Assembly: GCA_963719075.1 (NCBI GenBank)
Contig: CAVRAN010000007.1
Coordinates: 31,709-95,708, forward strand
Source: an uncultured Verrucomicrobiae bacterium
GTDB taxonomy: Bacteria > Verrucomicrobiota > Verrucomicrobiia > Limisphaerales > UBA11358
Length of the DNA: 64,000 nucleotides
Direction of reading: 5' to 3'
This document shows, in pieces, positions 51,395 through 62,075 of this stretch. Numbering within the stretch: position 1 is the stretch's first letter; the number at the start of each line of letters is the position of its first letter. The notes under the pieces are model-generated. The model was not told the origin of the DNA, did not search any database, and saw only the letters and a program-made list of their open reading frames with translations. The position numbers and the translations under genes were made by a program.

Positions 51395-53944
51395 ATGGGC
51401 GCGTTCATGAACAACCGTCTGCCTATTTACGAAATCGAACGCGAAATCATCTCGCGTTTGAAAAAAGATCGCCGCCTGATCCTCTCTGCGCCCACCGGTT
51501 CCGGCAAATCCACGCAAGTGCCGCAGATGCTTTTGAAACATGGTTTGCTTGGCAATGGACAAGTTGTCGTTCTCCAGCCGCGCCGCCTCGCTACGCGTTT
51601 GCTCGCCGCGCGCGTTGCGCAGGAACTTGGCGTGAAACTTGGCGAAGAAGTCGGTTATCAAATCCGTTTTGAAAACGTCACCTCGTCGAAGACAAAAATC
51701 CGTTTTGTCACCGAAGGCGTTTTGTTGCGGCAGATGATCAATGATCCGAAACTGCCTGGCGTTTCGGCATTGATTTTCGACGAATTTCACGAGCGGCATC
51801 TTTACGGCGACATCACGCTCGCCCGCGCGCTGGATTTGCAGGAGCAACAGCGTCCCGATTTGCTGCTTGCGGTAATGTCCGCGACGCTAAACGCGGGTGA
51901 ATTGGTAAAATATCTTTCGCCCTGCGCAACACTTTCATCCGAAGGCCGCACGTTTCCGGTGGAGATTGAATATCTGTCGCATCGCGTCGGCGCGAACGGG
52001 CCGCCGGTTTGGGAACTTGCGGCGGAAGAATTTTCGCGCTTCGTCGGCGACGGCGGGGCAGGGGACGTTCTGGTTTTCATGTCCGGCGGATTTGAAATTT
52101 CCCAAACCATCGAAGCCATCCGTCATACTTCCGAAGCGAAGGGCTACCTCATTTTGCCGCTGCACGGCGAGTTGCCGCCGCGCGATCAGGATGCGGCCGT
52201 TGCGCGCTACGAACAGCCAAAAGTTGTCGTGGCCACGAACGTTGCCGAAACTTCAATCACGATTGACGGCGTGCGGCTCGTGATTGATTCCGGTTTGGCG
52301 CGCATCGCACGTTACGATTCCAATCGCGGCATCAACACGTTGCTGATTGAAAAAATTTCGCAAGCGAACGCCGACCAGCGCACGGGTCGCGCCGGTCGCA
52401 CTGCGCCGGGAAAATGTGTCCGGCTTTGGTCGCGGTCGGAACACGACGAGCGCGCGCCGCATGAAATGTCCGAAATAAAACGGCTCGATCTCGCGGAAGT
52501 CGTACTGACGTTGAAGGCGGCGGACGTGGATGATTTGCGGAAATTCCGCTGGCTGGAAAAGCCGGACGAAATCTCGCTCACGCACGCGGAAGAATTGCTC
52601 GAAGACTTGGGCGCGGTTGGTCACGACAAAAAAATCACAGCAGTTGGTCGCAAGATGCTCGCGTTTCCTTTGCATCCGCGTTACGCGCGGATGCTGCTCG
52701 CCGCGCAGGAATTTGGCTGCGTGCGCCAGGCGTGTCTCGTCGCCGCGCTCACGCAGGGACGCGATTTGTTGCTGCGCAATTGCGGCAAGGAAGTGGAATC
52801 TGCGCGCGAAGATTTATTTGACGAAAAAGCCTCGTCCGATTTCTGGATTCTCATGCGCGCGTGGAATTTTGCGGCGAACAACCAGTTCCGTCTCGACGCG
52901 TGCCGCAAACTCGGCATTCACGCCGTCACCGCGCGGCAGGTCGGGCCGTTGCTAAAACAATTTCTCCGCATCGCTCAAGACGAGGGACTCGACACGCAGC
53001 CGCGCGAGGTGAAAGACGAGGCGTTGCAAAAATGTATTTTAACCGGCTTCAGCGACCGCGTCGCGCGACGACTCGATCTGGGAACATTGCGCTGCGAACT
53101 CGTCCATAATCGGCGCGGCGTGCTCGCGCGCGAAAGCGTTGTGCAACACAGTCCGCTGTTCGTCACGGCAGAAGTGCGCGAGATCGAAAGCCGCGACAAG
53201 GAGATGAACACGATTCTTTCGATCGCGACGGCGATTGAAGCGGAATGGCTGCGCGAACTTTTTCCTGACGATTTGAAAAGCGATTTGCACGTCCAGTTCG
53301 ACGCGCAGCAAAAAAGGGTTTTGGCGGCGGAACTGTTGCGTTTTCGCGGGCTGGCATTGGCGGCCAAACGGATTGATCCGCCGCCCGCCGATGCCGCCGC
53401 AAAACTTTTGGCGGATGAAATCATCGCCGGGCGATTGCTGCTGCCAAATTGGGATCACGGCGTCGAGCAATGGCTGGCGCGGTTGAATCTGCTTTGTGCG
53501 AACTGTCCCGAATTGCAGTTGCCGCAAATTTCTGATGACGACAAGAGGCACATCATCGAACAGCTTTGCCACGGCGCGAGCAGTTACAAGGAAATCAAAG
53601 AGCGCGAAGTCAAACCGGTCGTGATGTCGTGGCTCTCGCATGCGCAGCGCGAACTTTTGGACAAACACGCGCCGGAGCGGTTGACGCTGCCAAACGGTCG
53701 CACGCCGAAGGTGAATTATGAAGACGGCAAGACGCCGTTCATCTCGCTGCGCATCCAGGAACTTTACGATGTGAACCAGACGCCGAAAATCGCCATGGGT
53801 CGCGTGCCGGTGGTCGTCCACATTTTGACGCCGGGCATGAAGCCGATTCAAGTGACGCAGGATTTGGCGAATTTCTGGCGCGAGCATTATCCGAAGATCA
53901 AATCCGAGCTGGCGCGAAAATATCCGAAGCATTTCTGGCGGTGA
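51395..53944 (+). CDS. hrpB: ATP-dependent RNA helicase HrpB
   Basis: APTGSGKST, QPRRLA, DEFHER, MSAT, ATNVAETSITI, QRTGRAGR, C-terminal YPKHFW. Confidence 0.93.
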   Translation: MGAFMNNRLPIYEIEREIISRLKKDRRLILSAPTGSGKSTQVPQMLLKHGLLGNGQVVVLQPRRLATRLLAARVAQELGVKLGEEVGYQIRFENVTSSKTKIRFVTEGVLLRQMINDPKLPGVSALIFDEFHERHLYGDITLARALDLQEQQRPDLLLAVMSATLNAGELVKYLSPCATLSSEGRTFPVEIEYLSHRVGANGPPVWELAAEEFSRFVGDGGAGDVLVFMSGGFEISQTIEAIRHTSEAKGYLILPLHGELPPRDQDAAVARYEQPKVVVATNVAETSITIDGVRLVIDSGLARIARYDSNRGINTLLIEKISQANADQRTGRAGRTAPGKCVRLWSRSEHDERAPHEMSEIKRLDLAEVVLTLKAADVDDLRKFRWLEKPDEISLTHAEELLEDLGAVGHDKKITAVGRKMLAFPLHPRYARMLLAAQEFGCVRQACLVAALTQGRDLLLRNCGKEVESAREDLFDEKASSDFWILMRAWNFAANNQFRLDACRKLGIHAVTARQVGPLLKQFLRIAQDEGLDTQPREVKDEALQKCILTGFSDRVARRLDLGTLRCELVHNRRGVLARESVVQHSPLFVTAEVREIESRDKEMNTILSIATAIEAEWLRELFPDDLKSDLHVQFDAQQKRVLAAELLRFRGLALAAKRIDPPPADAAAKLLADEIIAGRLLLPNWDHGVEQWLARLNLLCANCPELQLPQISDDDKRHIIEQLCHGASSYKEIKEREVKPVVMSWLSHAQRELLDKHAPERLTLPNGRTPKVNYEDGKTPFISLRIQELYDVNQTPKIAMGRVPVVVHILTPGMKPIQVTQDLANFWREHYPKIKSELARKYPKHFWR

Positions 53945-54251
53945 TACCGAATGATCAAAGGATGAACAACCGCCCCAGACTTCGATTGGGCTTCCAGACC
54001 GCCCAACGAGATTTGCTGCTAATTTTTTGTCGCGCTTCAAATGTGAAACTAAACGCACACATTTTCATCCAATGCGAAAAACCAGAGCAAAAGGCGCAGA
54101 AAATTTTACCAAGAATTTCTCCGGCTTTATTTTCAGTCCGTAATTTTCAATTTTGATGAACCCCGTCAAACCATTGAAGTGCAACCGAGAAATTGCCAGT
54201 TTCACGCCGCTTAACATTGCACTTTCAGGCTGTGGTGCTGGTTCAGTGGCC

Positions 54252-55868
54252 TTATTGACCACCGCCGAGTGATAACCGGTAGAACATCTGCGTGTTTGTC
54301 GGTGTCACCGTGTAAGGTGACACCGCAGCGTTTGTCACCCAAGGTCCAGATAAATTGGTTGCCTCCAGCAGAGTTCCGGTTGTCCAATTTAAAACCGGGT
54401 TTGGCATAACTTGCATGTAAAGAAAGTCGGTCAATCCCCATACGCTTAAATTATTGCTGGTTCCCACATACACCTTTCCATTCGCTATCGTCGGGCACGT
54501 CATCTTTACATACGTGCCCACGCTCCCGCTCCACAGCAACGTCGGAAACTTCACCGCATCATACGCCCGCAGATTGTTGTCGCTGCTTATTTCCCACAAA
54601 ATGCCGTTGGTCGTTCCGTTGGCGGAAAGTGAAAGGCCGCCGCAACGGTCGCTTTCTGAGAAAGACGCCGTGCCCAGCGGTGTGGTGATAATGTTCGTGC
54701 CGGTGAATTCAAAGGATTTGGTCGGGCTGTTGCTGTGCTGGACGAAAATATACTGCAGGGCCGGCCCCTGCCAATAAACCGGCGACTTACCAACCGTATC
54801 GCCAAACGACTGGGCTGAGAACTCTTGCGTAAAGTTGCCTACATGACCCATGTGGTTGATATCGGCCAGACAGAGGTTTCCATCCTTGCCGATTCCAACG
54901 ACATAGTGCGTCGGCAGCAACACCGGTCCGCCGGAGCCAAAATCCGTGTCATCATTGTTGAGCGTTGTATAATCGCTCGGAGTGGCATAATCCTGCACCG
55001 CCAAACTGCTGTTCAATTTGATCATTGATTCGCCGTAGTTGGTGGTGCCATCAAAGGTTCCGTTGCCGGTCATGATGTAGATGTTACCGTTTGTATCCGC
55101 CGCCGGTGCCATGCCGCCAGACCAAACCGCGCCCTGACTGCCGGTGGGGGTCACGTTGAAAGCGGCTACTTGCGAAAGATTCGTGGCATTGTAACCCAGC
55201 ACATAGCCATGATAGGGTGTGTGATCACAGTGCGAGCCAAAGGCGACATAAACCACCCCGTTGAGCAATAGCAGACCCGGACGCTGGTGCTCCAAACTGG
55301 CGCTAAAACCACTGGCAGAAATGGTTGCCGGCCCGCCGAATTTTTCATTGCCAGTCGTAATATCTAGCGCATGCAGCACTTGGGCAGGCCCCGATGCCAG
55401 TTTCGTATCCACATAAAGCGTGCCGCTGCTTAAATCTATGACTGGAGTGCCGGTGATGCCGACGGCTGGCGTCAAATCGCCGCAATCGATGGAGGAGGGA
55501 TTAAATGGTGTGCCAAAATTGACGTGCCAGTAAATGATGCCAGGGGTGTCCGCATCAAACGCATACACACTGTTGCTCTCCGTGCAGACAAAAATCACAT
55601 TATGCGTCCCGCCGTTCAAGTTCAAGTTTTCAACATAAAGCGGCTGGGCATAGACCTCGCCGTCCACCGCATCGGTGAACAGTTTGCCAAAGGTGGTTGT
55701 ATTGACGTTGGCAGGTGTCAGTATGGTTTCCGAGGTGTTGGCGCCGGTGCGTGAAAGGTCGTTGTGTTGCGTGAGCACATTCGCAGCCTGTGTCCGGGGC
55801 AATAGCAGCGCGGTTGCAAGCAAAACGAGCGCTGTTCGGTGAATGAAAAATTTCAATGAACCGTCCAT
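54252..55868 (-). CDS. Secreted PQQ-binding-like beta-propeller protein with C-terminal FYR domain
   Basis: Signal peptide; VLTQHNDLSRTGANTSETILTP, YAQPL, GITGTPVID, DFGSGG, PTIANGKVYV; start chosen at MDGSLK. Confidence 0.8.
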   Translation of the reverse strand: MDGSLKFFIHRTALVLLATALLLPRTQAANVLTQHNDLSRTGANTSETILTPANVNTTTFGKLFTDAVDGEVYAQPLYVENLNLNGGTHNVIFVCTESNSVYAFDADTPGIIYWHVNFGTPFNPSSIDCGDLTPAVGITGTPVIDLSSGTLYVDTKLASGPAQVLHALDITTGNEKFGGPATISASGFSASLEHQRPGLLLLNGVVYVAFGSHCDHTPYHGYVLGYNATNLSQVAAFNVTPTGSQGAVWSGGMAPAADTNGNIYIMTGNGTFDGTTNYGESMIKLNSSLAVQDYATPSDYTTLNNDDTDFGSGGPVLLPTHYVVGIGKDGNLCLADINHMGHVGNFTQEFSAQSFGDTVGKSPVYWQGPALQYIFVQHSNSPTKSFEFTGTNIITTPLGTASFSESDRCGGLSLSANGTTNGILWEISSDNNLRAYDAVKFPTLLWSGSVGTYVKMTCPTIANGKVYVGTSNNLSVWGLTDFLYMQVMPNPVLNWTTGTLLEATNLSGPWVTNAAVSPYTVTPTNTQMFYRLSLGGGQ

Positions 55869-56190
55869 ATGGTTTCTATTTTTGGGCATGGACAACACTT
55901 TCACAAACTGGCCGTCTGTCAAATTGTTAATGAAACTTTGCCGGCGGTTTGGCCTTGGGAGGGTTTGAAGAAACGGTTCGGCTGTTTTTGAAACGCACTT
56001 TCGTCCCTTCAGGCTATTTTGTTTTTACGCTCACTCTCATTTTTCATCCTCTCCCGGAGAGAGGGCAGGGAAAGGATGGTCGGGCAAACCAAGCTATTGG
56101 AGGTTTGCCTGACTAAACGTTCAATCACACGACACGAAACATCCGTTAAAATCTTGAATTCGTTTTTTAATAATCTATTTTGCCGGCCAT

Positions 56191-57030
56191 ATGCCCGGTT
56201 TTAGGACCATTCGTATTTTGGCCCTCTTGATCTTTCTGCTTCCTCTTGCCCGCGCCGGAACGCTCGTGCAATTTCGGACGCCTTTCGGGGATATGGAAGT
56301 AGAACTTTACGATCAGGACAAGCCGGTCACGGTGCAAAACTTTCTTCGCTATGTGCAGAACGGGCTTTATGTGAATGAATTCAGCCACCGGCTGGTTCCG
56401 GGCTTTGTGTTGCAAGGTGGCGGATATACGCTCACGAACACCATCATCAGCTCCATCCCGACGTATCCGCCAATCATTAACGAATATGGCGTGGGTAATC
56501 AGTATAGCAATGTCTTCGGCACGATCGCGATGGCACAATCAGGAGGCGAGACTAATTCGGCCACCTCACAATGGTTTTTCAATCTCACCAACAATCCATC
56601 TCTCGACGAGCATAACACCAATGGTTTTTTTGTGGTGTTTGGCCATGTGATTCAAGGCACGAACATTCTGAACCTGTTCAATAGTTTTCAATACTATACC
56701 GGAATCCAAACCAGCAACCTCATCGCCAACGAAGGAAATTATTATGGCCCGGCGTTTGTAGACCTGCCTGTGTTGCATTCGAGCTTAGCCCCCACAAATT
56801 TTGTTTACATTGACATCACCCTTTTGCAGGTGGCCATTACCAACAACGGTGGTGCTGAACAGATTTCTTGGAACAGCGCCACGGGATTAACCAACATTGT
56901 CGAGTTCACCACCAACCTGCCGCCCGTTTGGAACACCCTGATCACCACGAATGGAACCGGAGCCAGGATGACCGTGACCGATCATGCCGCTGCCCAAAGC
57001 CGGTTTTACCGGATACAGGTTACGTATTAA
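56191..57030 (+). CDS. Secreted cyclophilin-type peptidyl-prolyl isomerase with C-terminal FYR domain
   Basis: PVTVQNFL, HRLVPGFVLQGGG, GTIAMA, SATSQWFFN, VFGHV. Confidence 0.9.
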   Translation: MPGFRTIRILALLIFLLPLARAGTLVQFRTPFGDMEVELYDQDKPVTVQNFLRYVQNGLYVNEFSHRLVPGFVLQGGGYTLTNTIISSIPTYPPIINEYGVGNQYSNVFGTIAMAQSGGETNSATSQWFFNLTNNPSLDEHNTNGFFVVFGHVIQGTNILNLFNSFQYYTGIQTSNLIANEGNYYGPAFVDLPVLHSSLAPTNFVYIDITLLQVAITNNGGAEQISWNSATGLTNIVEFTTNLPPVWNTLITTNGTGARMTVTDHAAAQSRFYRIQVTY

Positions 57031-57086
57031 CGGAATCCAGCAGCAGCTTTAAATCGCCACTCAAGTGGACCAACAGCCTTTCGGTT

Positions 57087-59639
57087 TTAGGGGCCGGAAG
57101 TTCTGTAAAACCGAATTTGATAGTTGCTGGCGTTTGTGTCCACATATTGCAAGGACCCATTGGCATCGGCGGGCAGCGTTACAATCGGCGCCCAATGTAT
57201 CAAGTCGGTCGAGGCGAGGATTTGGTAATTTTGATTGGCCACGCCGCCGGTGAAATTTAAAGTTACTCCCGCCGGGCTGTAGCTAGGCAGGGTTATGATT
57301 TCGGGAACGGAAAACAGTTTGAAAATGGCACCATTGTTCATGCTGCCACCCAAGGAGGCCACTCCCCAGAGCGAACCATCAGCCGCCAGGGCCAGACCGC
57401 CGACGGGATAGCTGCAATCCTGGTTGGAAAATTCATGCAGGACGGCGAAATTTTCTCCGTTGGTGTTTAATTTGAAGACAGTCCCGTCATAGTTGATGTC
57501 ATCGGACGAACAGGTTCCGTATAATGATCCATCGTGGCCTTGGACAAGTTGTGCCTGCGGTTCAGCACCATCGAAACCGCCGGTGAAGTTATACAAAACG
57601 TTGTAGTTGGAGCCGTTCGTATTCATATTGAACACGGTTCCGCTATAATTCGTGCCGCCGCCGTAAGTCGTGCCGTAAAGCATGTTGTTCTGACCCAGCA
57701 ACAAGCCGGCTTGAGGATTGCCGCCATCACCAGTCGCGCCAGCGAAGTTATGCAAGACTTGGTAGCTGGTGCCGTTGGTCGTCAAACTGAATACGGTTCC
57801 GTAGCCGTTTGACCCGCCGTCTTCGGTCGTGCCGTAAAGTACACCGAAGCTATCCTGGATCAGTGGCGCGACCGGATAAGAGCCGTCCGGGTTCCCGGCA
57901 AAACTGCACAATATGGTATAACCGCTGCCGTCCGTGTTTAGTTTGAACACTGTGCCGTCATAGTTGCTGCCTCCCTCGCTGGTCGTTCCGTAGAGAGCGC
58001 CGTCGGCTCCCTGAATCAAGCTGGCGAACGGCGCGCTTCCGTCGCCGGGGGCGTTGGTGAAGGTGTGCAATATGGAGTATTGACCGCCATCGGCACTCAC
58101 TTTGAAGACAGTGCCGTAGCCGTTGGTTCCACCATACTCCGTCGTGCCATACAGAAACCCGTCCGCGGCTTTGAGCAAAGCCGCCTGAATTTGGTAGCCG
58201 TCGCCATTGCCATTGGTGAAACTGTGCAGGAATTGATAGTCCGAACCGTTCAGGTTCATGGAAAAAGCGGCGCCTGCTCCGGCACCCGCGCCACCGGAAG
58301 TCGTCCCATAAACGACGTTTCCAAAAACGCTCACCGGCCCTTGCGGGCTCGTGCCGTCACCGCCTGCCAAGGAGGTGAAATTATGCAGGACGGAAAAACT
58401 GCTGCCGTCGTCGGCCACCTGGAAAGCTGTGCCAAAACCAAAACTGCCGCCGCCATAAGCCGTGCCGTAGAAGGTGGTGCCACCGGGTCCCGGAATGATG
58501 GCTGCGTCCGGCGCGCTGCCGTCGGTGCCGGCGAAATTATGGATGATGGTGGGGGTGCCGCCAGTCGTGGGGATTTTAAACAGACTGCCTGCCTTGCCGG
58601 GCCCGCCGCTGGACGCCGCCCCATAAAGATAGCCATCAGAGCCGAAATGAAGACCGCCAAACGGGTTGGCCCCGTTGGTGGCGGAAGTGGGAAATTCATA
58701 AATGATCTGGTAGGAGTTCCCGTTGGTATTGATCTTATAGAGGGTGCCGTTGCCAATGTAGCTATAAATACCCATGCTGGGGTTTCCCCCTTGCTCGCAC
58801 GTGCCGTAAAGATATCCGTCGCTGCCCTGAACCAGCCGCCCATCTGCCACATCTCCATCAAAGGGTTCGTATTGAAAATAGTGGAGGTTCTGAAAGGAGG
58901 AGCCGTCCCGGGACAATTTAAAAATACCCCCGTTGTAGCCGGCGCCTTCATAGTCGCCGTCGGCAAATGTAGTCCCGTAGAGGTAGCCGTCAGCCCCTTC
59001 CACCATTCCGCACAAAGGGTCCGTGCCGGTCTTGACGTTTAAATTGGTCAGGACGAGAAAACCGCTGCCATCGGTGTTGACCTTAAAAATAGTTCCGCCA
59101 TAGCCGGTGCCCCCGGTTGAGGTCGTGCCGTAAAGCACGCCATCCTCCCGGCCTTGGAGCAAACTGCCTTGAGGCTCTTCGCCGTCGGCGTAGCCGTTGA
59201 AGGCATGCACCTGGCTGAAGCCAGTCCCGTCGGTGTTGATCTTAAAAATGATGCCGCAGTTGTTGGTTCCGCCATCTTCAGTTGTTCCGTAAAGCATGCC
59301 GTCGCTGGCTTGCAGCAATTCCGCCGCCGGATAGGAACCGTCGTTTGTGCCGCCGCCAAACGAATGCAACACCTGATAACCGGTGCCATCCGTGTTGACG
59401 CTAAAAACCACTCCCAGCAAATTGCTGCCCCCCTGCGTTGTCACTCCGTAGAGCACCCCGTCGTTTCCAAGAATCATCTGCGATCGTGGCGACGACCCGG
59501 TGGACAGCGCCGGAAAACCAAATGATTTGATTATTTCAAAATTGGTCTGGGCCTGACTGACACCTATAAATCCAGTCCAGCAAGCGATCCAAGCCAGCCT
59601 GCGCAGCCACGAAAAGCGGAACCAGAAGGAATTGTTCAT
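57087..59639 (-). CDS. Secreted tandem-repeat (GloVer-type choice-of-anchor) beta-propeller protein with C-terminal FYR domain
   Basis: About 14 repeats of DG..P...L.QG.DG.LYGTT..GG....GTVFK.NTDGS.Y.VLH.F. Confidence 0.85.
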   Translation of the reverse strand: MNNSFWFRFSWLRRLAWIACWTGFIGVSQAQTNFEIIKSFGFPALSTGSSPRSQMILGNDGVLYGVTTQGGSNLLGVVFSVNTDGTGYQVLHSFGGGTNDGSYPAAELLQASDGMLYGTTEDGGTNNCGIIFKINTDGTGFSQVHAFNGYADGEEPQGSLLQGREDGVLYGTTSTGGTGYGGTIFKVNTDGSGFLVLTNLNVKTGTDPLCGMVEGADGYLYGTTFADGDYEGAGYNGGIFKLSRDGSSFQNLHYFQYEPFDGDVADGRLVQGSDGYLYGTCEQGGNPSMGIYSYIGNGTLYKINTNGNSYQIIYEFPTSATNGANPFGGLHFGSDGYLYGAASSGGPGKAGSLFKIPTTGGTPTIIHNFAGTDGSAPDAAIIPGPGGTTFYGTAYGGGSFGFGTAFQVADDGSSFSVLHNFTSLAGGDGTSPQGPVSVFGNVVYGTTSGGAGAGAGAAFSMNLNGSDYQFLHSFTNGNGDGYQIQAALLKAADGFLYGTTEYGGTNGYGTVFKVSADGGQYSILHTFTNAPGDGSAPFASLIQGADGALYGTTSEGGSNYDGTVFKLNTDGSGYTILCSFAGNPDGSYPVAPLIQDSFGVLYGTTEDGGSNGYGTVFSLTTNGTSYQVLHNFAGATGDGGNPQAGLLLGQNNMLYGTTYGGGTNYSGTVFNMNTNGSNYNVLYNFTGGFDGAEPQAQLVQGHDGSLYGTCSSDDINYDGTVFKLNTNGENFAVLHEFSNQDCSYPVGGLALAADGSLWGVASLGGSMNNGAIFKLFSVPEIITLPSYSPAGVTLNFTGGVANQNYQILASTDLIHWAPIVTLPADANGSLQYVDTNASNYQIRFYRTSGP

Positions 59640-59838
59640 TGGGGTGGATTTCCTTGTTATACACATATGTCCTTAGGCAGTTGATGACAATCTGAGAAGA
59701 AAATATCCAACGCTGCACAAAGGTCAAGTCGGCCCACACGCCGCGAAAATACTGGTGCGGCGATTAGAGGTCGTCTGCAAAGACCGTGTAAAATCAGACG
59801 GATTGAAATTTCTGGAATCATGGGATTGAAGCTCGCAA

Positions 59839-60051
59839 ATGAAACGCGGACAATTGAAAAACTGGTTGAAGAAGCAACCCGCTCCGTGTAAATTATTGTC
59901 AAAAGGTATGGTGTCGGATAAAGAAAATCGGCGTGACATAAATCGAATTAAAAAAACCATCGAAGAAAATAGAAGATTGCTTCGGGGGGAGATTCATGTC
60001 AGTGACCAGAAAGGCGTCAAATCTTCAAAATCAAAGCGGAAAAAACGCTAG
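59839..60051 (+). CDS. Possible small basic protein (start uncertain)
   Basis: 70-aa ORF with no recognisable motif. Confidence 0.3.
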   Translation: MKRGQLKNWLKKQPAPCKLLSKGMVSDKENRRDINRIKKTIEENRRLLRGEIHVSDQKGVKSSKSKRKKR

Positions 60052-60184
60052 CACAATCTAATCACACACGGCCAGGCGCGCTTTTTTTGCGATGAAGCAC
60101 TTGTTTAAAATTCGCAAGTTTGATTCCATAAGCCCGCGAACAGGAGGGTTGTAAAAGCAACATTGGACGCTGGATCGTCACCCT

Positions 60185-60460
60185 ATGCGCAACATCATTC
60201 CAATCATATTTGTCGCCGCGACCGTGCTTGCAGGATGCTGCTCGACTGCGCCGGTTAACAAAACAACGGCTCCCGGCACCAATACCGTTGCCAGCGCCAA
60301 TGCCATGGTCGCCACCCCGGCCCCAGCCGTGGTCGCCCCGCCAGTCCCAGCCGGTCCCAATACTCCGGCAGAGACTTTGTCCGAAAACCTCCGGCTTGGC
60401 AACCTTGGTGCCGCCTTCATTGTCATCCTGACTATTTTGGCTGCAAGGAGTCGCCCCTGA
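60185..60460 (+). CDS. Putative small lipoprotein
   Basis: Lipobox LAGC, Pro/Ala-rich linker, C-terminal hydrophobic helix. Confidence 0.6.
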   Translation: MRNIIPIIFVAATVLAGCCSTAPVNKTTAPGTNTVASANAMVATPAPAVVAPPVPAGPNTPAETLSENLRLGNLGAAFIVILTILAARSRP

Positions 60461-60619
60461 CCATTCGCTTTGTGCCTTTGTGTCTTGGCGATTGAATAAA
60501 CGGCTCAACCTTCCAAAAAAATTCTCGACACGATCCAGAAACGGTCTTAAACCAGCACCATTCTGAATCCGGAACATTCCATCTCTCGCGAGACGGCACA
60601 CCGGCTGGCGCGACGCACC

Positions 60620-61114
60620 TTGTTCGGCTTTCTCGTCACGTTTCTGCTGTCGCGGGTCTGCGTATTTCTCATCATGTCCGATGAAATGCCGAACTTTTAT
60701 TTCTTCCTGCACGGGACGCATGTGCATCATCTGAACTACGGCATCTTTCTGCTGGCGGCGGTGTGCGGTTACAGCGTGTTCCAACGTCCGGTCGGCCGCG
60801 CGGCGGAAATCACGGCGCTCATATATGGCGTGGCGATGGGGTTGACGTTCGATGAATTCGGGATGTGGTTGCATTTGGGCGGCAGTTACTGGCAGCGGGC
60901 GAGCGTGGATGCCGTGATCGTGGTGGCGGCGTTGTTCGGGCTGGTGGCGTTTGGGCGGACGGTGAAACGGTTTGAAGCGCGTCACTTCTGGGCGTTCGTC
61001 ATCTTGCTGGTGCTGGTGATCGGCTTCGGCTTCGTGTTGGACGTGGCGGGCAATCACATCGGCAATCAAGTGGGGCCGACGCTGGAAACACTGGAAGCCG
61101 CGTCTTCGCCGTAG
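60620..61114 (+). CDS. Integral membrane protein (HVHH motif); true start uncertain
   Basis: GTHVHHLNYG and GLTFDEFGMWL motifs; several TM segments. Confidence 0.75.
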   Translation: MFGFLVTFLLSRVCVFLIMSDEMPNFYFFLHGTHVHHLNYGIFLLAAVCGYSVFQRPVGRAAEITALIYGVAMGLTFDEFGMWLHLGGSYWQRASVDAVIVVAALFGLVAFGRTVKRFEARHFWAFVILLVLVIGFGFVLDVAGNHIGNQVGPTLETLEAASSP

Positions 61115-61172
61115 AACGGACAGATTGAAATTTCTCGACCCGGTTCGGAAATCTTTGCAGAAGGCCACTGTT

Positions 61173-61385
61173 TTAAGCCACACTTGCCCGGTCAACTTTC
61201 CTCATCGAAACGTTTGTTGACTCCATTGCTGTAAAAATCGAGAGGCCATCAATGTCCCTTGTTCCAAGCTCATTGAGCCGGTGCAGAATATCCAGTCTTT
61301 CCTGCAGAACACCCCGGACAGTCATCGCCTCGCCCGGCTCGTTGAGCAGGACATGCCAGCGTGCTAAAAGTTCTTTGGTTTCCAT
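61173..61385 (-). CDS. Small hypothetical protein
   Basis: ATG preceded by AGGA, downstream of the 61413-61841 gene. Confidence 0.5.
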   Translation of the reverse strand: METKELLARWHVLLNEPGEAMTVRGVLQERLDILHRLNELGTRDIDGLSIFTAMESTNVSMRKVDRASVA

Positions 61386-61412
61386 TTTATCCTGCTCGCT
61401 TTTCGTGCGGAA

Positions 61413-61841
61413 TCAATGTCCGTCTTTCCTGTCCTTTCCATGCGTGGCGTCACGCCTTGGCTGAAAATGTCCATTGTAATCCGTTCGGTAATGGTCATTG
61501 CGAATGGCGTGGTCCCGCCAATCAGCATGGCCTCTTTCCCATCCATGGAAACGCTCCAGCCTGAACGGTTCACAGAACAGCCAGACATTGCCGGGTCCCA
61601 GATAATAATATTGGTCACCCACGAGACCGACGTATTCGTAACCATCCCAGGCGTAGCTGTCAGGAACCATTACCGGAGCCACATACACCGGTGGCGGAGC
61701 TGCATACACCGGCGCCGGGGCCACAATCACGAATGGTTGAAACGCCACCTCTCCATTCGGCTCAACGACACAGCCTGACACCAACACCAATCCCCCTGCC
61801 GCCATTGACAGGATAAAGACACGCAAAGATTTTGTTTTCAT
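61413..61841 (-). CDS. Putative lipoprotein (Pro-rich, His/Arg-rich tail)
   Basis: Lipobox VSGC, APPPVYVAP, W/Y-rich segment. Confidence 0.7.
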   Translation of the reverse strand: MKTKSLRVFILSMAAGGLVLVSGCVVEPNGEVAFQPFVIVAPAPVYAAPPPVYVAPVMVPDSYAWDGYEYVGLVGDQYYYLGPGNVWLFCEPFRLERFHGWERGHADWRDHAIRNDHYRTDYNGHFQPRRDATHGKDRKDGH

Positions 61842-62075
61842 TGTTCAGTCATTTCTTGTCTTTTGATTTTCAATGAAAATACGAACGAGGCGGCGCTCCT
61901 GCAATGGGGTGTTCACCCTATGGAGCCGCCTGCGAACGGCTCATTTAGGCATCAAACGGGTGGGGGTGAACAAATAACCCGGACAATGGCAGGCCAATTT
62001 TTAGAGTCGTGCATTGACCTGAACCATTGCCCGGTCGCGGCCGGTTCCAACCAGCCGCCAAGCCCGTCCACTTTT

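Noticed and set aside
54160-54186. Possible IS terminus at the start of the accessory region
   Set aside because: No partner inverted repeat or transposase could be found.
56079-56113. GGGCAAACC hairpin resembling a c-di-GMP-I riboswitch
   Set aside because: It is a simple 12-bp inverted repeat lacking the GAAA-capped P2 and the GACGCAAAG/P3 elements.
60062-61195. 377-aa minus-strand ORF and other long antisense ORFs (e.g. 28909-29772, 53039-54058, 58065-59042)
   Set aside because: Shadow frames of real genes in GC-rich DNA, with no recognisable motifs.
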